Shown piece after piece: positions 46,536 through 56,181 of a DNA stretch of 64,000 bases (position 1 is the first letter of the stretch; each line of letters begins with the position of its first letter). The DNA is from Candidatus Magasanikiibacteriota bacterium (GTDB lineage Bacteria; Patescibacteriota; Patescibacteriia; Magasanikbacterales; GWA2-37-8). A program made the translations under genes and the position numbers. The notes below the pieces were generated by a model, which was given only the letters and a program-made list of their open reading frames with translations, was not told where the DNA came from and ran no database searches. The stretch lies in NCBI GenBank assembly GCA_046590235.1, contig JBKJTY010000035.1, positions 14,722 through 78,721 on the forward strand. The letters run 5' to 3'.

Positions 46536-46537
46536 TT

Positions 46538-47491
46538 ATGGAAAAACAAGCAAAAATTTACGTCGCTGGTCATAAGGGGTTGGTTGGTTCAGCAATTAAA
46601 CGTGCGTTGGAACGCGAGGGTTATACCTCGATAATTGTGAGAACGCATCAAGAATTAGATCTATTGGATCAGCATGCCGTTGAAGAATTTTTTAGCCACG
46701 AACAGCCGGTGTATGTTTTTTTAGCGGCAGCAAAAGTTGGCGGAATAGTCGCTAACATGGCTGCGCCAGCTTCGTTTATCTATGAAAATGTTCAGATTCA
46801 GAATAGCATCATACACGCTTCCTATAAGCATGGTGTTAAAAAACTATTATTCTTAGGTACTTCATGTATCTATCCGCGCGTATGTCCGCAACCAATGAAA
46901 GAAGAGTATCTATTAACAGGTCCTCTTGAGCCGACTAACGAAGCATACGCATTAGCCAAAATTACAGGCATTAAAATGTGCCAGTATTATGACGTGCAGT
47001 ACCAGACAGACTTTGTTGCCGTCATGCCACCTAATATCTACGGCTACAATGATACCTTCGATTTACAGCGCTCTCATGTCATTCCAGCGTTGATCCGTCG
47101 TTTCCATGAAGCCAAGGTCGCAAATAGCCCAACAGTGACCCTGTGGGGAACGGGTACTGCCCGCCGAGAATTCTTATTTGCCGATGATGTGGCAGAAGCC
47201 TGTTTGTTTTTTATGGATAACTTTAAGCCGTCTGAGGAGCAGGTTAAAAAAGGTGAGATATTCATGAATGTAGCGGCTGGAACGGACCAAACCATCGCCG
47301 AGCTTGCCAAAGTGGTCGCGTCAGCGGTAGGGTATACGGGCACGATTGCCTGGGATACTACCAAGCCTGATGGTATGCCTCAAAAGCTGCTTGATACCAC
47401 TAAAATGACAACTCTGGGTTGGCGGCAAAAAACGAGCTTAGAAAAGGGTGTCGCCCTGACATATCAATGGTATTTAGAAAATCAGCCTTAA
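46538..47491 (+). CDS. fcl: GDP-L-fucose synthase-like epimerase/reductase (Fcl/ColC-like)
   Basis: KIYVAGHKGLVGSAIKR, an SDR Rossmann fold, 317 aa. Confidence 0.75.
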   Translation: MEKQAKIYVAGHKGLVGSAIKRALEREGYTSIIVRTHQELDLLDQHAVEEFFSHEQPVYVFLAAAKVGGIVANMAAPASFIYENVQIQNSIIHASYKHGVKKLLFLGTSCIYPRVCPQPMKEEYLLTGPLEPTNEAYALAKITGIKMCQYYDVQYQTDFVAVMPPNIYGYNDTFDLQRSHVIPALIRRFHEAKVANSPTVTLWGTGTARREFLFADDVAEACLFFMDNFKPSEEQVKKGEIFMNVAAGTDQTIAELAKVVASAVGYTGTIAWDTTKPDGMPQKLLDTTKMTTLGWRQKTSLEKGVALTYQWYLENQP

Positions 47492-47498
47492 GACTACT

Positions 47499-48314
47499 AT
47501 GGAAACCATAATTCGACCAAGAAAAAAAATTACGCTACGGGATTTTACTGAGTTAGTTCAGTATCGTGAATTATTGTATTTTTTCACCTGGCGTGATGTT
47601 AAAGTCAGGTATAAACAAACCATGCTTGGTGTAATGTGGGCTATTTTTCAACCCGTCATCACCATGGTAGTGTTTACCATCTTCTTTGGTAAATTAGCAA
47701 AAATTCCTTCAGATAATATCCCTTATCCAATTTTTGTGTATGTCGGCTTGCTTATTTGGCAATTTTTCTCCACATCACTCAATGAAACAAGTGATTGTCT
47801 GGTACAAAATAAAGCCATTATTACCAAAGTCTACTTTCCACGCTTATTGTTGCCATTTTCTTCAGTCATTACAAAGTTTGTAGATTTTTTCATCGCTTCG
47901 TTAGTCTTAATCGTATTAATGGCTTACTATCATTACTTACCTAATATTTTAGGATTATTTATCTTGCCACTCCTATTGTTTATCTCATTTTTAGCAGCAT
48001 CCGGCGCAGGTTTACTCTTGGCTTCAATCAATGTAAAATACCGCGATGTCAGATATATTTTGCCTTTCTTTATTCAGCTATTACTCTTCATGACTCCTGT
48101 CATTTACCCAGCGAGTATAGCGGGTAAATATTCGTGGATATTGGCGCTTAACCCTATGACTGGTGTAATTAAGGCGGCACATGCGGCTATTTTGGGCAAC
48201 GCACCTATAAATTGGGTGTTGCTTGGTATTTCAGGCATAATTTCAGCTATCCTGTTTGTGGTAGGAATACTCTACTTTAAAAAGACCGAACGTTACTTTG
48301 CAGATATCGTATAA
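47499..48314 (+). CDS. wzm: ABC-2 type polysaccharide export permease (Wzm/TagG-like)
   Basis: ELLYFFTWRDVKVRYKQTMLGVMWAIFQP; 6 TM segments. Confidence 0.75.
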   Translation: METIIRPRKKITLRDFTELVQYRELLYFFTWRDVKVRYKQTMLGVMWAIFQPVITMVVFTIFFGKLAKIPSDNIPYPIFVYVGLLIWQFFSTSLNETSDCLVQNKAIITKVYFPRLLLPFSSVITKFVDFFIASLVLIVLMAYYHYLPNILGLFILPLLLFISFLAASGAGLLLASINVKYRDVRYILPFFIQLLLFMTPVIYPASIAGKYSWILALNPMTGVIKAAHAAILGNAPINWVLLGISGIISAILFVVGILYFKKTERYFADIV

Positions 48315-48318
48315 ACCT

Positions 48319-49611
48319 ATGGAACCAATTATTAGTGTCAAAAGTGTCAGTAAGCGGTACGATATTACCCATGCTAATGGGAAGTATGTTACCTTGCGCG
48401 ATGTAATGACTAACATACTCAAAAGTCCGTTTAGTTTTCTTAAAAGCAAGGCAAAAAAAGCCTTTCATGGTGAGAATAAAGAAATTTTTTGGGCATTAAA
48501 GGATGTAAATTTTGATATTAAACGTGGTGAAGTCGTTGGTATTATTGGCCGTAATGGTGCTGGTAAATCAACCTTACTTAAAATTCTTTCGCAAATTACA
48601 CCGCCAACCGGTGGTGAAATTACGTTGCGAGGTCGGGTTGGTTCATTGCTTGAAGTCGGAACTGGATTTCACCCTGAATTATCAGGTCGAGAAAACATTT
48701 TGTTAAACGGGGCGATTTTGGGCATGAAGAAAAAAGAAATAATTGCTAAGTTTGATGAAATAGTTGCATTTGCGGGCATTGAAAAATTTTTAGATACTCC
48801 AGTTAAATATTATTCATCTGGCATGTATGTTCGGCTGGCTTTCTCTGTTGCCGCACACATGGAGCCGGATATTTTAATTATTGACGAAGTGCTAGCAGTG
48901 GGAGACGTTGAATTTCAAAAGAAATGTCTCGGAAAAATGAACGAAGTTTCAAAACAAGATGGGCGCACTGTCTTGTTCGTTAGTCATAACATGAATGCTA
49001 TCGAGGATTTATGTTCTCGGGTTTTATACTTCGATAAAGGGGTTCTTATTAAAGATAGTACTAATGTACGCGAGGTTGTAAGTGAGTATATTCGTGGTCA
49101 AGAAGACGGTAATATTGTCACCGAATGGGTTAATAATGGTAAAGAGTATCGTAATCCATATTTCATTCCAGAACGTATTGCTATCGTTGATGAACGCGGC
49201 GATAAAATGGTCATGCCAAAACGGAACGACGCTGAATGCTGGATTCAAATCGAAGGAACAGTTACAAGTCTTAACAAATCTCTGACAATAGGTTACGCAA
49301 TTTTTAGTGAAGAGGGGAATTTGCTCTATTGGTCATTTCATACCGATGCTGAAGAAAATAAGTGGCCCCAATTAAAAATGGGAAAAAATGTGTTGCGAAG
49401 TAAGTTTCCAACTCGGTTATTGAACGAAGGTCTTTATCGTATCGAATTCATAAGCAGCCTACATTTTATCCAGTGGCTAACCGAGCCTGGTGTAAACGCG
49501 CCGGCAGTGTATCTGACTATACAGGGTGGCTTAAGTAATTCACCATATTGGATGATCAAGCGAGCGGGTTTGTTAGCTCCGGTTAACGAATGGTCATCAT
49601 TGAATCAATAA
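48319..49611 (+). CDS. wzt: ABC transporter ATP-binding protein Wzt/TagH-like with a C-terminal glycan-binding domain
   Basis: Walker A GRNGAGKST; the ABC signature region LSGGQ is present as YSSGM; about 180 aa beyond the NBD. The ORF track starts at a TTG at 48298; the ATG at 48319 is preferred. Confidence 0.7.
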   Translation: MEPIISVKSVSKRYDITHANGKYVTLRDVMTNILKSPFSFLKSKAKKAFHGENKEIFWALKDVNFDIKRGEVVGIIGRNGAGKSTLLKILSQITPPTGGEITLRGRVGSLLEVGTGFHPELSGRENILLNGAILGMKKKEIIAKFDEIVAFAGIEKFLDTPVKYYSSGMYVRLAFSVAAHMEPDILIIDEVLAVGDVEFQKKCLGKMNEVSKQDGRTVLFVSHNMNAIEDLCSRVLYFDKGVLIKDSTNVREVVSEYIRGQEDGNIVTEWVNNGKEYRNPYFIPERIAIVDERGDKMVMPKRNDAECWIQIEGTVTSLNKSLTIGYAIFSEEGNLLYWSFHTDAEENKWPQLKMGKNVLRSKFPTRLLNEGLYRIEFISSLHFIQWLTEPGVNAPAVYLTIQGGLSNSPYWMIKRAGLLAPVNEWSSLNQ

Positions 49612-49625
49612 CTATAAAGAAGGAT

Positions 49626-50507
49626 ATGGTTATAATGCAGTTACTCGGTGGTTTAGGAAATCAGATGTTTCAGTATGCGGCAGGAAAAGCACTGGCAACC
49701 CATCATAAAACAGAATTTAAAATTGATACGAGCGGATTTAAAGAGTACGCCTTGCATGATTATGTACTGGATCATTTTATGATAACAGCGGGGGAAGTTA
49801 GTGAGAGTGAGTTACCCTCTGTTAAAGAACGTGCACTGCCCACATCCCGAATATGGCGAAAGTTATATCCGTATGTGCAAGCTTTACGGCCATACCATTC
49901 AAGACGCATTTTTGACGAACCATATTATCACTTTAATAAGCGTTTTTTAAAGCTACCGCCAAATGTTTATATCCGTGGTTATTTTCAAAGTGAACGTTAT
50001 TTTAAAGATATTGAAGATATTATCCGCAAAGAATTTGTAGTAAAACAAGAATATGGCCAGCTGGATCAGTTTTTGGCTGAAAAGCTAAAAACGCATGATG
50101 TAATTTCAGTTCACTTTAGACGCGGTGATTATGTTACCAATAAAGGTATAAACAAATTGTATGGTACGCCGTCATTTGAGTACTATGAAAAATCCATCCA
50201 GCAAATTGCCGCACGCTGCAAAAATCCGTATCTATTTATTTTCTCAAACGACAGCGCGTGGGTTAAAGAAAACTTTACCACACAAGTTCCAAAAACATTT
50301 ATTAGTGATTTCTCAATGAGTAATTTTCAAGAGCTCACTTTAATGTCAAAGTGTCACCACAACGTCATTGCTAATAGTAGTTTTAGTTGGTGGGGTGCGT
50401 GGCTTAATCAAAATCCGTCAAAAATAGTTCACGCGCCATCTCGATGGTTTGTAACTAAAAGGTGGAATACGAAAGATGTTATTCCAAAAAATTGGACGCA
50501 AGTATGA
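49626..50507 (+). CDS. GT11 alpha-1,2-fucosyl(colitosyl)transferase-like glycosyltransferase
   Basis: GT11 motif I LLGGLGNQMFQYAAGKALA. Alternative starts are at 49590 and 49635. Confidence 0.65.
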   Translation: MVIMQLLGGLGNQMFQYAAGKALATHHKTEFKIDTSGFKEYALHDYVLDHFMITAGEVSESELPSVKERALPTSRIWRKLYPYVQALRPYHSRRIFDEPYYHFNKRFLKLPPNVYIRGYFQSERYFKDIEDIIRKEFVVKQEYGQLDQFLAEKLKTHDVISVHFRRGDYVTNKGINKLYGTPSFEYYEKSIQQIAARCKNPYLFIFSNDSAWVKENFTTQVPKTFISDFSMSNFQELTLMSKCHHNVIANSSFSWWGAWLNQNPSKIVHAPSRWFVTKRWNTKDVIPKNWTQV

Positions 50508-51520
50508 GTAAAAATCCCAGAGTTTCAGTGGTAATGCCCGCATATAATGCAGAAAAGTTTATTGGCGAGGCAGTTGAAAGCATACTTAATCAAACGTATG
50601 CGGATTTTGAATTAATTATTATTGACGATGGGTCAACGGATCAAACTGCTGCTATTGTGCGTTCATTCAAAGATGATCGCATACGTCTTATGCAGAATGG
50701 GGTTAATTTAAAAATTACCAAGAGCCTTCTTCGTGGGTGGGATGCTGCAAAAGGGGAGTATATTATTCGAGCTGACAGCGATGATATTAATCTTCCAGAA
50801 AGATTTTTTGAGCAAGTGCAGTTCATGGATACACATAAAGATGTAGATATATGCGGTTCATGGCTACAATGTTTTGGTGTTTCGGATGAAATAGTGCGTT
50901 ATTTACCAGAACACAATGATATACAGCTTTATTTAATGGTTTTCTGCTGTATCGGTCACCCAACAGTAATAATGAGAAAAAAGTCGTTTGAGACACATGG
51001 TTTGGGATATGATGAGAAGCTTGTATATTGCGAAGATTATGATCTGTGGGTGCGCTCAAGAAAGCTATTGCGTTTTGCCAATATACAAAAAGTATTAGTT
51101 AAATATAGACTTTTAACATTCACAAAATCAATACAGAAAGATCTTGATAGTAAGTCAGATGAAATTCGTTTTAGGCAGATTATTGAATTATTACCTGAAT
51201 GTTCCGAGGCAGACAAAAAAACTTTTTATAGCATAATTACTTTACAATTTGAACGTAATCCAATCTTTCTTAAGGAGGCTTGCGCTTTTTTAATTCGCAT
51301 GTCAAAAGCAAATAAAGTGCAAAAGATTTACGATCAAAAAGCCCTTTACGCATTTATAATTCAAAACTGGTTGTATATCTGCAATCTCTACAGTAAATCG
51401 CAGCTGGTATCTTGGCCAAATTTTTGGAAAGCCACCGCACAAATTGCATACCTTAGTCCAAGTGTATTTATGTATAAAATTATTCACAAATTACTAAAAG
51501 TGATTAGTCATAAAACTTGA
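50504..51520 (+). CDS. GT2 glycosyltransferase
   Basis: VSVVMPAYNAEKFIGEAVESILNQTYADFELIIIDDGSTD and DSDD. Its ATG overlaps the upstream stop as ATGA. Confidence 0.7.
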   Translation: MSKNPRVSVVMPAYNAEKFIGEAVESILNQTYADFELIIIDDGSTDQTAAIVRSFKDDRIRLMQNGVNLKITKSLLRGWDAAKGEYIIRADSDDINLPERFFEQVQFMDTHKDVDICGSWLQCFGVSDEIVRYLPEHNDIQLYLMVFCCIGHPTVIMRKKSFETHGLGYDEKLVYCEDYDLWVRSRKLLRFANIQKVLVKYRLLTFTKSIQKDLDSKSDEIRFRQIIELLPECSEADKKTFYSIITLQFERNPIFLKEACAFLIRMSKANKVQKIYDQKALYAFIIQNWLYICNLYSKSQLVSWPNFWKATAQIAYLSPSVFMYKIIHKLLKVISHKT

Positions 51521-51532
51521 TCGTAGAATAAT

Positions 51533-52309
51533 ATGGCAATTACTGCTCACTGCTTAGTTAAAAATGAAGAAAAGTTTATTACATACGCCGTACGATCGGT
51601 GATCGATTTTATTGACCAGATACTGATCTTTGATACAGGATCTTCAGATACTACTGTTGCAAAAATTGAGGCTTTAATGAAAGAATACCCTTCAAAAATA
51701 TATTTTGAAGAAAAGGGTATATGTGATAAAAAACGTCATACAGAGCTTCGCCAGGAAATGGTTGAAAAAACGACAACTGACTGGTTTATGGTTTTAGACG
51801 GTGATGAAGTATGGACTAGGAGAGCGATTGCCGAAGCGGCAGAATTAACAAAGCGAACTGACATAGATTGTCTTATTGCACCTTTTTATCTTGCTGTGGG
51901 TGATATCTACCATTATTCTTGGCGTGGACAATTTACAATAAATGATAAAAAAATCCATGCCACTGCGCGTTTTTTCAAAAAACATACGGGAATACGCTGG
52001 AAGGGTCAGTATGGGGAAGATTGCCTATTTATTAATGGAAAAAACTGTATTGATATAAGTAGAAAACAAATTTTACAGCATAAATTCTGGCACCTAACGC
52101 ATTTAGAGCGTTCATCGATTGGTAGCGATTATTCCTCAGGACAGTCGCGAGATTTAAAAAGAGTCCCGACGTACTTCTTGCTTGGAAAAAAGATTACCGA
52201 ACCAGTTCCGGAAGTTTTTGAAGGTCAACCCAAGCTTGGCTCTGCACGTTCATTTATACTATTTTTGGGTCACTGCGTAAGAAAGATGCAGCAAAAATTA
52301 TATTATTAA
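51533..52309 (+). CDS. GT2-like glycosyltransferase (divergent)
   Basis: ITAHCLVKNEEKFITYAVRSV...FDTGSSDTT and DGDE. Confidence 0.45.
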   Translation: MAITAHCLVKNEEKFITYAVRSVIDFIDQILIFDTGSSDTTVAKIEALMKEYPSKIYFEEKGICDKKRHTELRQEMVEKTTTDWFMVLDGDEVWTRRAIAEAAELTKRTDIDCLIAPFYLAVGDIYHYSWRGQFTINDKKIHATARFFKKHTGIRWKGQYGEDCLFINGKNCIDISRKQILQHKFWHLTHLERSSIGSDYSSGQSRDLKRVPTYFLLGKKITEPVPEVFEGQPKLGSARSFILFLGHCVRKMQQKLYY

Positions 52310-52319
52310 CTTAAAGTTT

Positions 52320-53294
52320 ATGACTATTCTAGTTACAGGTGGAGCAGGATTTATTGGGTCGCATTTTGTGCAGCTTATTTCAGCCCAGCCAAACACAAAA
52401 GTTATTGTAGTAGATAACTACTATCAAGGTAAAGAAAATATTTTAAAAAGAGACAATGTAACCTATCACGAAGTTGATATCTGTAACCTTGAAAAATTAC
52501 AGGCTGTGTTCAAAGAATCTCCTGTTGACGCTGTGGTTCATTTTGCCGCCATAGCAAACGTGCCAGACTCTATTGCTCGACCTGCTGGTTATTATCAAGC
52601 TAATATCATCGGCGGATGGAATCTTTTAGCTTGCATGTTAGAAAATGGAGTTAAAAAAATAATATTTTCGTCTTCAGCCGCAGTCTATGGTGAGCCGCTC
52701 AGCGATTTGATTAAAGAGGACCATCAGAAAAAGCCAATCAATCCATATGGGTATACCAAATTAGCTTTCGAAATAATGCTTAAAGATTATCATACAGCAT
52801 ACGGTATTAATTCCGTATCTTTCCGTTATTTCTGTGCGGCAGGCCGTGAAGAAACTGGAGAAATTAATGAGCATCATATTCCAGAAACACATGTTATACC
52901 AATGTTGCTTGAAACAGTCACAGGCAAACGAAAAGAATTTTGTGTGTACGGCAATGATTTTCCTACTCCAGACGGCACCGGAATTCGTGATTATATCCAT
53001 GTGAGTGATTTGGCTGAAGCGCACGCATCAGCTCTTGATGTTCTTATGAAAGGTAATTCTGTGTGCACAGCATATAACTTGGGTACGAACCGCGGCTGTT
53101 CAGTTATGGAGCTTATCACCGCAGTTGAAAAAGCGAGTGGGAAAAAGGTTCCGTACGCAGTAAAACCTCGACGGCCAGGGGATGCGTCAGTTTTGGTAGC
53201 TGATGCTACAGCTGCGCGCCGCGATCTTGGATGGCTCCCTAAGTATATTTCCATAGATTCAATTATTGAATCAGTGTATAAATTTTACCGGTAA
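52320..53294 (+). CDS. galE: UDP-glucose 4-epimerase family SDR
   Basis: ILVTGGAGFIGSH and the YxxxK catalytic pair (YGYTKLAFE). Confidence 0.75.
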   Translation: MTILVTGGAGFIGSHFVQLISAQPNTKVIVVDNYYQGKENILKRDNVTYHEVDICNLEKLQAVFKESPVDAVVHFAAIANVPDSIARPAGYYQANIIGGWNLLACMLENGVKKIIFSSSAAVYGEPLSDLIKEDHQKKPINPYGYTKLAFEIMLKDYHTAYGINSVSFRYFCAAGREETGEINEHHIPETHVIPMLLETVTGKRKEFCVYGNDFPTPDGTGIRDYIHVSDLAEAHASALDVLMKGNSVCTAYNLGTNRGCSVMELITAVEKASGKKVPYAVKPRRPGDASVLVADATAARRDLGWLPKYISIDSIIESVYKFYR

Positions 53295-53296
53295 CT

Positions 53297-54025
53297 ATGA
53301 AAGCACTTATTTTAGCTGCTGGTCTAGGCACGCGTTTACGTCCTCTGACTGATACAATTCCTAAGCCCCTGGTTAAAATAGGTGGGCGCCCGTTGCTCGC
53401 TTACCATTTTGATTCTTTGCGGAAACATGGAGTTAATGAAGTTTTGATTAATACTCATTATCTATCAGAGCAAATCAACCATTTTGTTAAAGAGTACTGC
53501 GCTGAACACAGTGATTTCCAAGTAAGTCTTACATTTGAACCTGAACTCATCGGTAGTGCTGGCACATTACGTGCAAATGAAGGATTTTTTAGTAATTGCG
53601 AGGATTTCTTTGTTGTTTATAGCGATAATTTAACCAACATTAACTACAGCCAATTATTGTTAGAGCATAGGTTAAAGAAAGGTATTGCCACAATTGCAAG
53701 CTACTTTGAACCAAATCCAAGTTCTAAGGGAATTATTATTTTTGATAAGAATAATCGAATTGAGCAATTTATTGAAAAACCTCGACCAGAACAAATTGTT
53801 AGTAATATTGCAAACGGTGGTATTTATGTGTATAATAAAGCGATTTTATCATACGTACGGGGCCTAAAGAAGGATCCTGTAGACATAGGTAAAGATCTTT
53901 TTCCGGCTTTGGTGGCTGCTGGAGAAAATATGTACATATATCCAATGAAAGAATTCTTACTTGATATTGGAACTATGGAAGGTTACGATAAAGCAAATAA
54001 CATAATAAATACATTGGAATTTTAA
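53297..54025 (+). CDS. sugar-1-phosphate nucleotidyltransferase (HddC/ManC-like guanylyltransferase candidate)
   Basis: KALILAAGLGTRLRPLTDTIPKPLV; 242 aa, short form. Confidence 0.6.
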   Translation: MKALILAAGLGTRLRPLTDTIPKPLVKIGGRPLLAYHFDSLRKHGVNEVLINTHYLSEQINHFVKEYCAEHSDFQVSLTFEPELIGSAGTLRANEGFFSNCEDFFVVYSDNLTNINYSQLLLEHRLKKGIATIASYFEPNPSSKGIIIFDKNNRIEQFIEKPRPEQIVSNIANGGIYVYNKAILSYVRGLKKDPVDIGKDLFPALVAAGENMYIYPMKEFLLDIGTMEGYDKANNIINTLEF

Positions 54026-54027
54026 AT

Positions 54028-54792
54028 ATGGAAAATAGTACAAATATTTTTGGCGGTGAACGATTAGATTCAAAAAGTGGTTTATCAAAAAATAACCTCA
54101 CGGAGCATTTAGCGCGCTATGGGCAAGTGCCGGGAAATACAGAAGCTATTATTTTAGATATTGGCTGTGGTAGCGGACACGGCAGCTCACTTTTGGCAAA
54201 AAAGTTTAAAAAAGTTTATGGTGTAGATGTTGCGGAGGACGCAATTGCTTACGCAAAAAAGAATTGGGCTACCTTGAATGCTGAGTTTATGGTAGGTTCT
54301 GGCACAGCTATTCCCTTTGCCGATAAAACATTTGATGCGGTAGCTGCTTTTGAAGTTTTTGAGCATATTGAAAAATGGGGATTATTCTTACAAGAAATAA
54401 AACGCGTTTTAAAACCGGGCGGCAAGCTCTACATGTCAACCCCAAATAAAGATATTTATTCGCCGGGCACAAAAAAGCCGATCAATCCACACCACTTTTT
54501 TGAAATGACTATTCCTGAGTTCAAGAATGCATTATCAAACTATTTTGTAATTGAGAAGTTTTGCGGCCAACGCACACCGATTTATAACGACCATTTTGTG
54601 TGGAAGATAGCTAACCCGCTCTTTAAGCTTTTTAAGCCAATTATTGGGTATAAAGCTATTAATACCTGTAAATTAAAAATTATCAATTGGATTAAACCAG
54701 ATCTTGAATTGAGTGATATTGTATTTTCAACTGATGAGGCCTTTTTGAAAAAATCTCGATTTATGCTCGCGCATTGCGTCAACTCATTGTAA
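54028..54792 (+). CDS. class I SAM-dependent methyltransferase
   Basis: ILDIGCGSGHGS. Confidence 0.6.
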   Translation: MENSTNIFGGERLDSKSGLSKNNLTEHLARYGQVPGNTEAIILDIGCGSGHGSSLLAKKFKKVYGVDVAEDAIAYAKKNWATLNAEFMVGSGTAIPFADKTFDAVAAFEVFEHIEKWGLFLQEIKRVLKPGGKLYMSTPNKDIYSPGTKKPINPHHFFEMTIPEFKNALSNYFVIEKFCGQRTPIYNDHFVWKIANPLFKLFKPIIGYKAINTCKLKIINWIKPDLELSDIVFSTDEAFLKKSRFMLAHCVNSL

Positions 54793-54803
54793 AAGCATTT
54801 ATT

Positions 54804-56126
54804 ATGGGCGAAAAGGTAAAATTGCTCGAACTAGTAAGTTCATTGGGGTATGCCGGCACACAACGTGCCATGTTAACTTTTTGCAGGAATATCAATAAAA
54901 ACTTTTTTGAAGCTTTTGTTGGTGCGTATGATGCCGGCGGACCTCGTGAAAATGATATTAAAGAGATGGGCCTCAAATACGTAGTTGCAAACAAAGACAT
55001 CACTGCATTGCTTCGTTTTATAGAAGAAAACACCATTGACATAGTTCATTTCCATCGTTCCGGTCACCATATCCCATTTGAGTATGAAATCATTAAAGGT
55101 ATAAAAAATTTAAACAAAAACATTATTATTATTGAAACAAATGTTTTTGGAAAATTTGATACCCTCGCATTCCCGCTAATCGATTGTAGTATAGAGGTTA
55201 GTAAAATGATGATGAACGAGCGGTATGTAAAGCTCGCGGGTGCATTTGATCCGGGACGCATGCTGGTATTATACAGTCCTGTCGATGTGAACACATTTCT
55301 AAAAAATAAACCTACTGAGGAAGAAGTGTTAGTTTACAAAAATAAAAATGGCATCAAAAAGGATGAATTCGTTATTGGCCGATTGGGGAGGCCAGATGTT
55401 TCAAAATGGTCTGATCTACTCATCAATATGATGCCGCACCTTGTGAAATTAGTGCCAAACGTAAAATGTATCTTGCAAGCAGCGCCAACATCACGGATTA
55501 AAAGGATTAAGAAAAGTCGTTGGGCAAAGTATTTTGTCTTCCTGGAGCCGTCCACAGATGATAAACAAATTGGATTATTCTATAGCGCACTCGATGTTTA
55601 TACACATTCATCAAAAATTGGTGAGTCTTTTGGGTTAACAATGGCTGAAGCCGCACTTTTTGATAAGCCGGTGGTGGTTAACTCAACTCCTAACCGAGAT
55701 AATAATCAATTGGAGTTAGTTGATCATATGCAAACGGGCATTATCGCAAATGAGCCACAAACATTTGCCCGCGCACTTGCGTATTTGTATCAGAATTCCG
55801 AAGAGCGAGAGCGAATGGGAAAAAAAGGTCACGAAAAAATTGTGCGTGAGTGTGATGGAAGGCTTGTTACAAGTATGCTCGAAAAGATATGTATAGAAAA
55901 AATGTTGGAAAAAAGTTTGCCTGTTGAGCCTCTTGCCGCTAAACACTATCGCTTAGTACAACACTATCCTTCAACAGAAGACGTTATAGATTACCGTGTA
56001 GAATATCAAAAAAGATTGCTTAATAATTTTACCAAGTTAACGGCCGTTGAAAAAGCTGTTAATTTGTTAAATAAACCAAAAGATTATTTTTACAAACTAT
56101 CAGATTTCATAGAAAATAAATTTTAA
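54804..56126 (+). CDS. GT4 retaining glycosyltransferase
   Basis: C-terminal EX7E-like region SKIGESFGLTMAEAALFDKPVVV. Confidence 0.6.
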   Translation: MGEKVKLLELVSSLGYAGTQRAMLTFCRNINKNFFEAFVGAYDAGGPRENDIKEMGLKYVVANKDITALLRFIEENTIDIVHFHRSGHHIPFEYEIIKGIKNLNKNIIIIETNVFGKFDTLAFPLIDCSIEVSKMMMNERYVKLAGAFDPGRMLVLYSPVDVNTFLKNKPTEEEVLVYKNKNGIKKDEFVIGRLGRPDVSKWSDLLINMMPHLVKLVPNVKCILQAAPTSRIKRIKKSRWAKYFVFLEPSTDDKQIGLFYSALDVYTHSSKIGESFGLTMAEAALFDKPVVVNSTPNRDNNQLELVDHMQTGIIANEPQTFARALAYLYQNSEERERMGKKGHEKIVRECDGRLVTSMLEKICIEKMLEKSLPVEPLAAKHYRLVQHYPSTEDVIDYRVEYQKRLLNNFTKLTAVEKAVNLLNKPKDYFYKLSDFIENKF

Positions 56127-56181
56127 GCTTATGTATTGAACCAAAGTTATTTACATATATGATCTTGATAACAACAAAAAA

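Noticed and set aside
53297-54025. Confident naming of the nucleotidyltransferase as manC
   Set aside because: The short (242 aa) form without the C-terminal domain is equally compatible with the HddC heptose-1-P guanylyltransferase or an RmlA-like enzyme. It is left as a family-level call.
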